A DNA stretch of 64,000 bases from an uncultured Bacteroidota bacterium (GTDB lineage Bacteria; Bacteroidota; Bacteroidia; Bacteroidales; SZUA-534): positions 5,130 through 69,129 of the forward strand of contig CAMHPA010000011.1 in assembly GCA_946186925.1 (NCBI GenBank), read 5' to 3'. Made by a program: the position numbers and the translations under genes. Shown here one piece after another: positions 46,336-54,228 of the stretch. Position 1 is the stretch's first letter; the number at the start of each line of letters is the position of its first letter. A model generated the notes under the pieces. It saw only the letters and a program-made list of their open reading frames with translations. It was not told where the DNA came from and ran no database searches.

Positions 46336-46367
46336 TTTGAAAGGGATAGATATTATTGTTAGATTTG
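46336..46367 (+). promoter_or_regulatory. candidate Bacteroidota promoter for the mcrB-like operon
   Basis: TTTG at 46336-46339, a 20-nt spacer, then TAGATTTG (TAnnTTTG) at 46360-46367, 30 nt before the ATG at 46397. Confidence 0.5.
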
Positions 46368-46396
46368 GAAATGAAAAATGATAAAAACGATTTAAT

Positions 46397-47998
46397 ATGC
46401 AATTTAACAAGCAGAAATCACAAACCGATAGGCTTTGGATGTGGAATAAAAATGATATATGGAACGACGGCGTAACCATTTTTTCAACCAGTATTTTAAA
46501 AATGGGGGACTCCGCCCAAGGAAAGTTGGATTTTAAGTCATTTGAAACCAAAGCAGATTTAAGGACAGAATATCAAAGAATTGTTGGAAATACAGACCCA
46601 GTGATTCCCAATATGTATTGGCAATTTATGCACGAAGTCCAACCTAACGATATTGTTGTTGTGTTTGAAACCATTAAGGAAAATGGTACATTAAATCATT
46701 TGTTATATGGTTGGGGACGATTTACGTCAGAATGTAAAATTGTGGAAACAGATAATTACCCATTACAACGCGATGTGGTTTGGCATTTGCCAGCATTGTT
46801 AGAACCTGTAAAAGACATAAATACAAGTAATGCTATATATTTCCATTTAGTTGAAGGTGAGGGAGCAATAACAATTAAAAAACTATTAGGAATTGATATC
46901 AATAACATACAAGACTCTATGATACAGAAATATATCAACGTATTAAAATCCAACCACAACCTAATCCTAACAGGCGCCCCAGGCACAGGCAAAACCTATT
47001 TGGCAAAGCAGATAGCCCAGGCAATGGGTTGCACAGACAATGAAATCGGCTTTGTCCAATTCCACCCGTCGTACGACTACACCGACTTTGTTGAAGGTTT
47101 GCGGCCACTGAACGATGATGGCGGAAATGTCGGATTCGAACGCAAAGACGGGGTTTTCAAAGCCTTTTGTGCAAAGGCACTATCATTTAATACGAAATAC
47201 GAATGGTTGATTAATCATTTACAAACTAGACAAGCACCTATTGTTTTGGAAAGACCACGAAGCGAATCTTTTGAAGTGACTGTCGATAATTCTACTTTAA
47301 GGATTAATGGAGAATCAGTAACGAAAGAATTATTTAAGAGTTATTATGATGGAACTAAAACAGACAGGTGGTTTAATACACATTTTAAAAAGATACTTGA
47401 TTACATTGACAAGAATTATTTTGTAGTCTTCATTATCGACGAAATCAACCGCGGTGAAATCAACAAAATCTTCGGCGAGTTGTTCTTCTCAATCGACCCA
47501 GGCTATCGCGGCGAGAAGGGCCGAGTGCAGACGCAGTACCAGAATATGGTTGAAGATGGCGATGCTTTCAAAAAAGGCTTCTTCGTTCCCGAAAACGTCT
47601 ATATCATTGGTACAATGAACGATATCGACCGAAGCGTTGAGAGTATGGATTTCGCCTTCCGCCGCAGGTTCGCGTTTGTCGAGGTTAAGGCGGATGAAAA
47701 CACAGGAATGCTCAATGGAAAGGTGTGGAAAGACGACGCAATCAAACGAATGAATAGTCTGAACGCCACAATCGAGAAAATCGAGGGACTTTCGTCGGCT
47801 TACCACATAGGTGCAAGTTATTTCTTGAAACTTGATAATTATAATGGTGATTTCAAACAGTTATGGAAATATCACTTGGAAGGTCTTTTGTTCGAGTATC
47901 TACGTGGTACACAAAGTGTTGGCGAGAATATGCGGAAACTTGAGAAAGCCTACAATTTAAACAACACCGCAGCCGATGATTCGGATACCGACAACTGA
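46397..47998 (+). CDS. mcrB: McrB-like AAA+ (GTPase-type) restriction motor with an unassigned ~185-aa N-terminal domain and an ~80-aa insertion between Walker A and B
   Basis: Walker A NLILTGAPGTGKTY (aa ~189), FHPSYDYTDFVEG, Walker B FVVFIIDEINRGEINKIFGELF (aa ~344), IIGTMNDIDRSVESMDFAFRRRF. All are hallmark McrB/AAA_5 motifs. The N-terminal region (YWQFMHEVQPNDIVVVFE...LLYGWGRFTSE) might be a PUA/EVE-like reader, but this is unproven. Confidence 0.85.
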   Translation: MQFNKQKSQTDRLWMWNKNDIWNDGVTIFSTSILKMGDSAQGKLDFKSFETKADLRTEYQRIVGNTDPVIPNMYWQFMHEVQPNDIVVVFETIKENGTLNHLLYGWGRFTSECKIVETDNYPLQRDVVWHLPALLEPVKDINTSNAIYFHLVEGEGAITIKKLLGIDINNIQDSMIQKYINVLKSNHNLILTGAPGTGKTYLAKQIAQAMGCTDNEIGFVQFHPSYDYTDFVEGLRPLNDDGGNVGFERKDGVFKAFCAKALSFNTKYEWLINHLQTRQAPIVLERPRSESFEVTVDNSTLRINGESVTKELFKSYYDGTKTDRWFNTHFKKILDYIDKNYFVVFIIDEINRGEINKIFGELFFSIDPGYRGEKGRVQTQYQNMVEDGDAFKKGFFVPENVYIIGTMNDIDRSVESMDFAFRRRFAFVEVKADENTGMLNGKVWKDDAIKRMNSLNATIEKIEGLSSAYHIGASYFLKLDNYNGDFKQLWKYHLEGLLFEYLRGTQSVGENMRKLEKAYNLNNTAADDSDTDN

Positions 47999-49295
47999 TA
48001 ACTCAACTCGCACGCTGACAGACAGTGAGTTAGCCGCCAAATCCGACATTGAACTGATTTCTGACAAGAAAATCAGCGATTTGCTGTCGGGGCAGAAGAA
48101 CCTGCTTGTCTTTCCGCTCGATTTGAAACAGCACGGCGACGAAATCGGCGATGACCAGATTCTGTCGTTTCCCGACGGCAAAATCAGCACAGGCAACATA
48201 ATGGGCTTTGTGGGCGTGAACCAGACGCAAATCGACATTCGCTCGCGTTTCGCCCAAACCGACGGCAACGACTATTTCCTGCACTATATGTTGCAGAAAG
48301 TGTTTGCAATCAATCTGTTCGATTTGAAGCACGACACAAGCGCCGAGCGGATTTTCGATTTCCTGTTCTATCTGTTTCCCCATTTTCTGCGGAAGGCGGT
48401 GGCGCAGGGCGTTTTCAAGAAGTACCGCCACTTTGAGCACAACGACGCCAACATTCGCGGCCTCATTGATGTGAGCCGCCATATCCGCCAGAACATTCCG
48501 TTCCGCGGTACGGTGGCCTACACCACGCGCGAGCACACCTACGACAACGAACTCACGCAACTTGTTCGCCACACCATTGAGTTCATTCGCGGCAAGGAGC
48601 AGGGGCAGGCAATTCTGAACAACGATGCCGACACCAAAACGGCTGTCAGCCAGATTGTTATGGCCACGCCAACCTACAACGCCCGCGAGCGCGCCAAAAT
48701 CGTCAGCCAGAACCTTCGGCCCGTGCGGCACCCGTACTTTTCGGCCTACACCGACTTGCAGCGGCTCTGCCTGCAAATCCTTCGCCACGAGGAACTCAAA
48801 TACGGCCGCCAGAAAGACCAAATCTACGGCATTCTGTTCGACGGTGCTTGGCTTTGGGAGGAGTATTTGAATACGATTCTGAAGGATTTGGATTTCAAGC
48901 ACCCGAAGAACAAGGAAAGCCGTGGCGGTATCAGAATGTTTGAAAAGCCTGATGATGAAAACTTTTTCGACAAAAACAGCCGTCGTCTATATCCCGATTT
49001 TTGGAAAGAAAACTTCATTCTCGATGCCAAATATAAGCGTTTAGACAATGGAGTTGGCCGCGAGGATTTGTACCAGGTTGTTACTTATATGCATTGTATG
49101 AGGGCTGATAACGGCGGTTTTGTGTATCCTGTTGAAACAGAATCTAAAACAGAGAAATATGGACTTGCAGGCTACGGCGGTACAATGAGGTTGATTGGCT
49201 TGCAAGTACAGCACCAGTGCGGTTCGTATACTGATTATGTTGCTGCAATGAAAGGTGCGGAGAGCAATTTGTTGGAGTATTTGAAGCAAACCTGA
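47976..49295 (+). CDS. mcrC: McrC-like PD-(D/E)xK nuclease subunit
   Basis: The start overlaps mcrB by 23 nt. Its length and position are right for McrC. The C-terminal motif RRLYPDFWKENFILDAKYKRL has the D...(D/E)xK pattern, followed by DLYQVVTYM. Confidence 0.8.
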   Translation: MIRIPTTDNSTRTLTDSELAAKSDIELISDKKISDLLSGQKNLLVFPLDLKQHGDEIGDDQILSFPDGKISTGNIMGFVGVNQTQIDIRSRFAQTDGNDYFLHYMLQKVFAINLFDLKHDTSAERIFDFLFYLFPHFLRKAVAQGVFKKYRHFEHNDANIRGLIDVSRHIRQNIPFRGTVAYTTREHTYDNELTQLVRHTIEFIRGKEQGQAILNNDADTKTAVSQIVMATPTYNARERAKIVSQNLRPVRHPYFSAYTDLQRLCLQILRHEELKYGRQKDQIYGILFDGAWLWEEYLNTILKDLDFKHPKNKESRGGIRMFEKPDDENFFDKNSRRLYPDFWKENFILDAKYKRLDNGVGREDLYQVVTYMHCMRADNGGFVYPVETESKTEKYGLAGYGGTMRLIGLQVQHQCGSYTDYVAAMKGAESNLLEYLKQT

Positions 49296-49320
49296 AAACC
49301 AATGTGTATATTTGGCCATA

Positions 49321-50478
49321 ATGAAGACCGATTGGAAAGCATATTGGGAGAGAAAGCGAAAAGCGGAAGGTTCGGAAAAGCCAAACAGCGTATATCGTCC
49401 GCACACCAAGTGGTACAATTACAAAGGTGCAGGTGTGTATATGATAACCATTGTCACCTACAATCGAAAGCCGATACTTGGTGAATTGAATAACGACACC
49501 AGCAATCCGCGAGTCGAACTGTCAGCACTCGGAAAATATGTTGAGCAGCAATGGTTGCAGATACCAGCCGTTCAAGCCTTGCACAAACGCCGCGTCAGTC
49601 TGCTTGGTCACCAGGTTATGCCCGACCATTTTCACGGTATACTGCGTGTGGATGCGGATTTGGATGTGTCAATGGGAGAAATAATCCGTGGATTCAAGAT
49701 AAGTTGCACAAAAGAGTGGCGTCAAAAATATCAGACATATATGTCTGATATAGAATTGGAAAAGAAGAAGAGCCACCTTTCACACATATCACAAAAGAAA
49801 CGCCAGGCGTATTATGTAACCCACCCCGAAATGGCGCCGCTTTTTACCGATGGCTATGACGACACCATTTGCTTTCACGATGGCCAACTCAACAATGTAA
49901 TCAACTACGTTCGCGATAATCCGCGTCGCGCCATACTCAAACGAGCGAACCCGCAGTTGTTTGTGCTGAATCAAAACATTGAGGTTGCAGGCTTTCGATG
50001 CACAACACTCGGCAAGCAGTTTTTGCTCGATTATCCGCAAAAGGCCGCATTGCAATGCTCTCGCTCGCTGACGCAAGAACAGATTGATAAGCAGAAAGAG
50101 CAATGTTTGGCCGATGCCGAGCGAGGAACAGTTTGGGTTAGCGCTTGTATTTCAGAAGGTGAGAAGCAAATTAGCAAAGCCTTGCGCGAGGCAGGTTTCC
50201 CGATTATCATTCTGCTCAAAGATGGCTTTCCAAAACCCGATAGTCCGCACTGTAAGTATTTCAAGCCGCAAGGGGCATATTTTGAGGCTTGCGCCGATGG
50301 TCGGCTATTGCTTGTCGAACCAACCCTGCAATTATTCGATGACCGAACAATCGAAGCCCGTGTATCTCAAAAAGCAGGAATGCTACCGCACGACACGTTG
50401 CGGTATAAATTTTTGGCACTCAATGCCTTCGCTCAACTAATAAGCAACCAAACGCTTTGTGTTAGCAACCGTTCTTGA
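49321..50478 (+). CDS. Y1 HUH (IS200/IS605 TnpA / RayT-like) domain protein with ~190-aa C-terminal extension
   Basis: VYMITIVTYNRKPILGEL (beta 1), HQVMPDHFHGILRV (HUH = H-F-H), SMGEIIRGFKISCTKEW, and LFTDGYDDTICFHDGQLNNVINYVRDNPRRA (catalytic-Tyr helix, Y-x-x-x-N-P). The C-terminal region GTVWVSACISEGEKQISKALREAGFPIIILLKDGFP...GRLLLVEP loosely resembles a DprA/SLOG-type Rossmann motif. The ATG at 49321 is 25 nt after the mcrC stop. I could find no flanking IS-end hairpins. Confidence 0.7.
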   Translation: MKTDWKAYWERKRKAEGSEKPNSVYRPHTKWYNYKGAGVYMITIVTYNRKPILGELNNDTSNPRVELSALGKYVEQQWLQIPAVQALHKRRVSLLGHQVMPDHFHGILRVDADLDVSMGEIIRGFKISCTKEWRQKYQTYMSDIELEKKKSHLSHISQKKRQAYYVTHPEMAPLFTDGYDDTICFHDGQLNNVINYVRDNPRRAILKRANPQLFVLNQNIEVAGFRCTTLGKQFLLDYPQKAALQCSRSLTQEQIDKQKEQCLADAERGTVWVSACISEGEKQISKALREAGFPIIILLKDGFPKPDSPHCKYFKPQGAYFEACADGRLLLVEPTLQLFDDRTIEARVSQKAGMLPHDTLRYKFLALNAFAQLISNQTLCVSNRS

Positions 50479-51001
50479 ATGACCGATTTTTCCCTTCCAC
50501 CCATTCCCCAAACTTCCGTGCCAGCCAATGCGCCAGTAGCAGATTGGCGCCCACGGCCACCACAGCGGCAAGGCTGTAGATGGTGATTTCGATGGGTGAG
50601 AAGTCGGAAGTTTTGATGCAATCGGCTATCAGCCAAAGGCTTACGGGCAGAACAAAAATGCTTGTAGCAAGCGCGGGAATGTATTTGCGGATGACAACCG
50701 CCTGCCCAATGTGAACCACCAGATGCAGCGCGAAGGCGATGAACGTGCCCAGCCAGAGCAGGTTGAACGCGCGGATGCCTGTGAATGTCAATCCGCAGAT
50801 TATCAGCAGCAAAACAAACTCTTCGGCAACGGCAAGCGCGAAGCCTTCGGTGGCGGTTGTGCTCTTGAAAATGAAAGCGAATCGCGGAAAGCGTTGGCAA
50901 ATGGCGGCGGCGTTTCGGGCAGTCCACGCGCGCATTCCGATAATCTCTTCGAAATCGTGAAAAACAAACAGCAGCGGCAAAAGCCAGATGTATTGGTCCA
51001 T
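50462..51001 (-). CDS. HXXEE-domain membrane protein
   Basis: N-terminal MDQYIWLLPLLFVFHDFEEIIGM carries the H-x-x-E-E motif. There are five or six TM helices. The 3' end overlaps the convergent Y1 gene by 17 nt. Confidence 0.65.
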   Translation of the reverse strand: MDQYIWLLPLLFVFHDFEEIIGMRAWTARNAAAICQRFPRFAFIFKSTTATEGFALAVAEEFVLLLIICGLTFTGIRAFNLLWLGTFIAFALHLVVHIGQAVVIRKYIPALATSIFVLPVSLWLIADCIKTSDFSPIEITIYSLAAVVAVGANLLLAHWLARKFGEWVEGKNRSFKNGC

Positions 51002-51003
51002 TT

Positions 51004-52311
51004 TTACTCGAAATTCTCAGCCAGAAGTTTCCGTTTCCCGGCCGCAAAAGCCATCGCTGCAAAGGCAATCAGGAAGAAGACGGAGAGAAGTGCCACACTG
51101 TTGCGCATTGAGCCGGAAATCTGCTCAATGAAGCCAAATCCGAACATTCCGATGACAATGCCGATTTTCTCTGTGATGTCGTAGAAGGTGAAGTACGACG
51201 CGGTGTCGGTGGTGTCGGACGGGATGAGCATTGCGTAGGTTGAGCGCGCCTGCGACTGGATGCCGCCCATCACAAAGCCCAGGAACGTGGCCAGAATGTA
51301 GAACTGCGCGGCGTTCTGAATGAAATAGCCGGCCACGCAGATGACAATCCATATCACAAGCATCACCAAAAGCGAAGTGAAGTTGCCGTAGCGGTTTGAT
51401 ACTCTTGCAAATACAACCGAACCGAACATCGCCAGAAACTGAATGAGCAGAATCACCACAATCAGCTCGATGGTGCCGATATGCAGCTCGGCGCTGCCAA
51501 ACAGCGTGGCCACCAGCAGAATGGTCTGCACGCCCATACTCAGGAACAGGAACGACACCAGAAAAAGATTCATAACCTGCTGACGGAAAAGGTTTTTGGC
51601 AACAGTGGCAATCTCTTTGAATCCTTTCGAAAGAATGCCGGTGTCAATTTTTGTTTTTGCCTTAAACTCAGTCAGATATCGGAACGAGAACAGCGCAATG
51701 CCAATCCACCAGATGCCCACCAGCAGAAACGAGAACCGGTAGGCCGCATCTTCGCTGCCAAAGCCCCAGAAATACCACGTGTAAATCATTATCACGCTGA
51801 AAATGAACAAAATCATACTGCCAAGGTAGCCCCAGGCAAAACCTTTCGCGCTCACAATGTTGTGCAGGCGGGGTGTGGCGATTATCGGCAGAAACGAGTT
51901 GTAATAGACCGTTGCGCCCGCCCAGCCGATGACTGCTAAAATGGTCATCATCAGGCCGAAACCGATGTTGCCGCCAGTGAAAAAGTAGAGCCCCGAGCAG
52001 GCCGCCGCACCAATTGCGGTGAACATCACCATAAAGCGCTTGCGGTAGCCGCCCATATCGGCAATGCCTGATAATAAAGGCGTTATAAGAATAATTATGG
52101 CATAGCCGATGGCAATCGAGTAGTCGTAGAGAACAGTGTTTTTGATACTGTGGCCGAAAATGCTCACCATACCATTGGCAAAGGCATCTGTGGTAACCCG
52201 CTCATAATAAATGGGAAACAACGCTGACGCTACAATCAGGCTATAGACAGAATTGGCTATATCGTATGAGCACCAAGCGTTTATGACCTTCCGGTTGTTC
52301 TTCTCAATCAT
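51004..52311 (-). CDS. MFS transporter (UMF1 / Atg22-like family)
   Basis: 12 TM helices. The N-terminus VINAWCSYDIANSVYSLIV is typical of the UMF1 family. ATG at 52311. Confidence 0.8.
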   Translation of the reverse strand: MIEKNNRKVINAWCSYDIANSVYSLIVASALFPIYYERVTTDAFANGMVSIFGHSIKNTVLYDYSIAIGYAIIILITPLLSGIADMGGYRKRFMVMFTAIGAAACSGLYFFTGGNIGFGLMMTILAVIGWAGATVYYNSFLPIIATPRLHNIVSAKGFAWGYLGSMILFIFSVIMIYTWYFWGFGSEDAAYRFSFLLVGIWWIGIALFSFRYLTEFKAKTKIDTGILSKGFKEIATVAKNLFRQQVMNLFLVSFLFLSMGVQTILLVATLFGSAELHIGTIELIVVILLIQFLAMFGSVVFARVSNRYGNFTSLLVMLVIWIVICVAGYFIQNAAQFYILATFLGFVMGGIQSQARSTYAMLIPSDTTDTASYFTFYDITEKIGIVIGMFGFGFIEQISGSMRNSVALLSVFFLIAFAAMAFAAGKRKLLAENFE

Positions 52312-52312
52312 A

Positions 52313-54133
52313 TCACTTTTGATTGAAATCGTGCAGCAAAGTTTGCAAAAAAGCCTGACTTTGCATAACAATCGAGTCGCAAACTTCGGAATCCGACAGT
52401 TTTGATGATTCTAAATCGTATGTAAATTGTTCGTTTTCAGTTACAAAACCATAGCCGTTGTTGTAGGCGTAGATGGCGAATTCGGGGCTTCCTGTCAGCA
52501 CGTCCTTACTGAATGTGAAATCGCCGCCATCTACTTCAAGTTGATTGCAAAGTAAAAGTGGTAAGTCGCACTGATTCATATATTTATCAACAACGATTCC
52601 CGTGGTGTCAAGTGCGCCGCCAAGCCAAATCATTGGAATGTGGAACTTCTCGGGCACGTGGATGGGCGAAGCGCCGGGGTGGCGGCTTCCGTGGTCGGCA
52701 ACCAGAATCATTAGAGTGCTGTTCCACCAGGGCTCAGCCGACGCGCGGCGCACGAAATCGCCAATGCAGCTGTCGGTGTAGTGCACCGAGTTCAGGAACA
52801 GGCTTTCTTCGTCAGAGCCATTGAACTGGCTTGTGTGCGGCACTTCAAACGGCTCGTGGCTGCTGAGTGTGAACAGAGCGCTGAAAAATGGCGGCTGCAT
52901 TGCGCAAATGTCGCTGTGCCAGCGGTCGAGCACCACGTGGTCGTGGGCGCCCCATTTCGAGTTCATATCGCGGCGGCTGAATTCGTCCATCGTCACCATT
53001 CGGCCGTAATTGCCTGTTATAAAGTACGATTTGAGATTTGCAAAATCGATGTCGCCACCGTAGTAGAACGACGATTGGTAGCCTTCGGCGTGCAGCTTGT
53101 GGCTCAGGTGCGGCAGTTTCTGCGCCTTTTCGGTCAGTTTGACGATAGATGTGGTTGGTTGCGCCGGATAGCCGCTCAGAATGCAGATGAGCCCCTTGTC
53201 GGACCGGTCGCCGTTGGCGTAGCAGTTGCTGAACAGCACGCCGGTGCGGGCCAGGCTGTCGAGATTCGGCGTCACACCCGGCATTCCGCCCACGCAGCCC
53301 ACGACCTTTGCTGTAAAGCTTTCCATCACTATTATTAGAATATTTGGACGCGTGGTTTTCAGAAGGTTAACTCGCTCATTGCCGCTTTTCAGCATCTGAG
53401 CGGTCAGGCTGTCGGCTTTGGCTTGCGGCATAAAATGGGGCGTGCGCGCATTGTCGATGTAGCGCAGCGAGTTGCAGAAGTTCCACTGCACGTTCACTGC
53501 CGCATGGTTGGCGTAGGGGTGGCTGCTGAAATAAACCGTTCCGGTGCGGATGGGGGCAATGCCCACGCCGCCGCGGATTGGAATGACGCATAGCGCCGAC
53601 ACAAACAGCAGCACCGGCAGAGTGTACCACCGAGCAGGTTCAAGCTGACGCAATGGCTTGCCAATCAGTTTGATATAAATTTTAATGCAGCCCCACGCAA
53701 ACACTGCAATCCACACCACAAAAAGAGCGGTGAGCCATACAGGCGTCGATGCGGCGGCTTCTTTGGGCGTTTTCAAGTAGGCGAGTACCGTACAATCCAT
53801 ACGGAAGCCCCAATTTCGGTAAAGCTCGCAGTCGCAAATGCCTATTATCGAGAAAATTACAATAAAGCATATTGTCACCGGATTCACAATGACAGCTGTC
53901 ATGCGGCCCTTGCACCAGAAGGTCAGCATCATCACAAGTAGTACAAAGCCAACCAGGTAGCCACCCATCGACAGGTCGAGCTTCAGTCCGTGGCCGAACG
54001 TGCCCAAAACAGTGCCAAAGTCGAGCCCCGATGTGAGCCCAATGTTGTAAATCACAAAAAACAAGCGGATTACCACAAAAAAAGCAATCCAGAAAAGGTA
54101 GTATTTAGCTATTGACAATAATCGTTGCAACAT
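52313..54133 (-). CDS. LTA-synthase-family sulfatase-domain membrane protein (phosphoglycerol/phosphoethanolamine-transferase-like)
   Basis: Five N-terminal TM helices, then an alkaline-phosphatase-superfamily domain: NILIIVMESFTAKV, TPNLDSLARTGVLFSNCYANGDRSDKG, SSHEPF, LVADHG. ATG at 54133. The stop is 1 nt from the MFS start. Confidence 0.85.
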   Translation of the reverse strand: MLQRLLSIAKYYLFWIAFFVVIRLFFVIYNIGLTSGLDFGTVLGTFGHGLKLDLSMGGYLVGFVLLVMMLTFWCKGRMTAVIVNPVTICFIVIFSIIGICDCELYRNWGFRMDCTVLAYLKTPKEAAASTPVWLTALFVVWIAVFAWGCIKIYIKLIGKPLRQLEPARWYTLPVLLFVSALCVIPIRGGVGIAPIRTGTVYFSSHPYANHAAVNVQWNFCNSLRYIDNARTPHFMPQAKADSLTAQMLKSGNERVNLLKTTRPNILIIVMESFTAKVVGCVGGMPGVTPNLDSLARTGVLFSNCYANGDRSDKGLICILSGYPAQPTTSIVKLTEKAQKLPHLSHKLHAEGYQSSFYYGGDIDFANLKSYFITGNYGRMVTMDEFSRRDMNSKWGAHDHVVLDRWHSDICAMQPPFFSALFTLSSHEPFEVPHTSQFNGSDEESLFLNSVHYTDSCIGDFVRRASAEPWWNSTLMILVADHGSRHPGASPIHVPEKFHIPMIWLGGALDTTGIVVDKYMNQCDLPLLLCNQLEVDGGDFTFSKDVLTGSPEFAIYAYNNGYGFVTENEQFTYDLESSKLSDSEVCDSIVMQSQAFLQTLLHDFNQK

Positions 54134-54228
54134 AGTTTTTGCGCTTTTTACGCGGTTGGCGAAAATAACAAAAGAAAATTGTGACAAGTAACGAAAAAAG
54201 CAATATATTTAGGTTTCACTTTTCGAGT

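Noticed and set aside
48030-48902. 290-aa minus-strand ORF inside the mcrC-like gene
   Set aside because: It is antisense to the McrC-like frame, which has the correct operon position, translational coupling and a nuclease motif.
44476-50478. A classical tRNA-integrated genomic island carrying the McrBC cluster
   Set aside because: No integrase gene is present. I could not find a direct repeat of the tRNA-Pro 3' end downstream. A housekeeping nudC gene lies between the tRNA and the cluster.
49296-50520. A REPtron or active IS200/IS605 element around the Y1 gene
   Set aside because: There are no inverted REP pairs or subterminal hairpins within the 25 nt upstream, and none in the downstream sequence, which is coding for the convergent HXXEE gene.
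50433-51184. ORFs 50433-51068 (-), 50711-51184 (+) and 50739-50960 (+)
   Set aside because: They are alternative frames of the HXXEE-domain gene region. The 50462-51001 frame alone gives a coherent membrane protein with the HDFEE motif.
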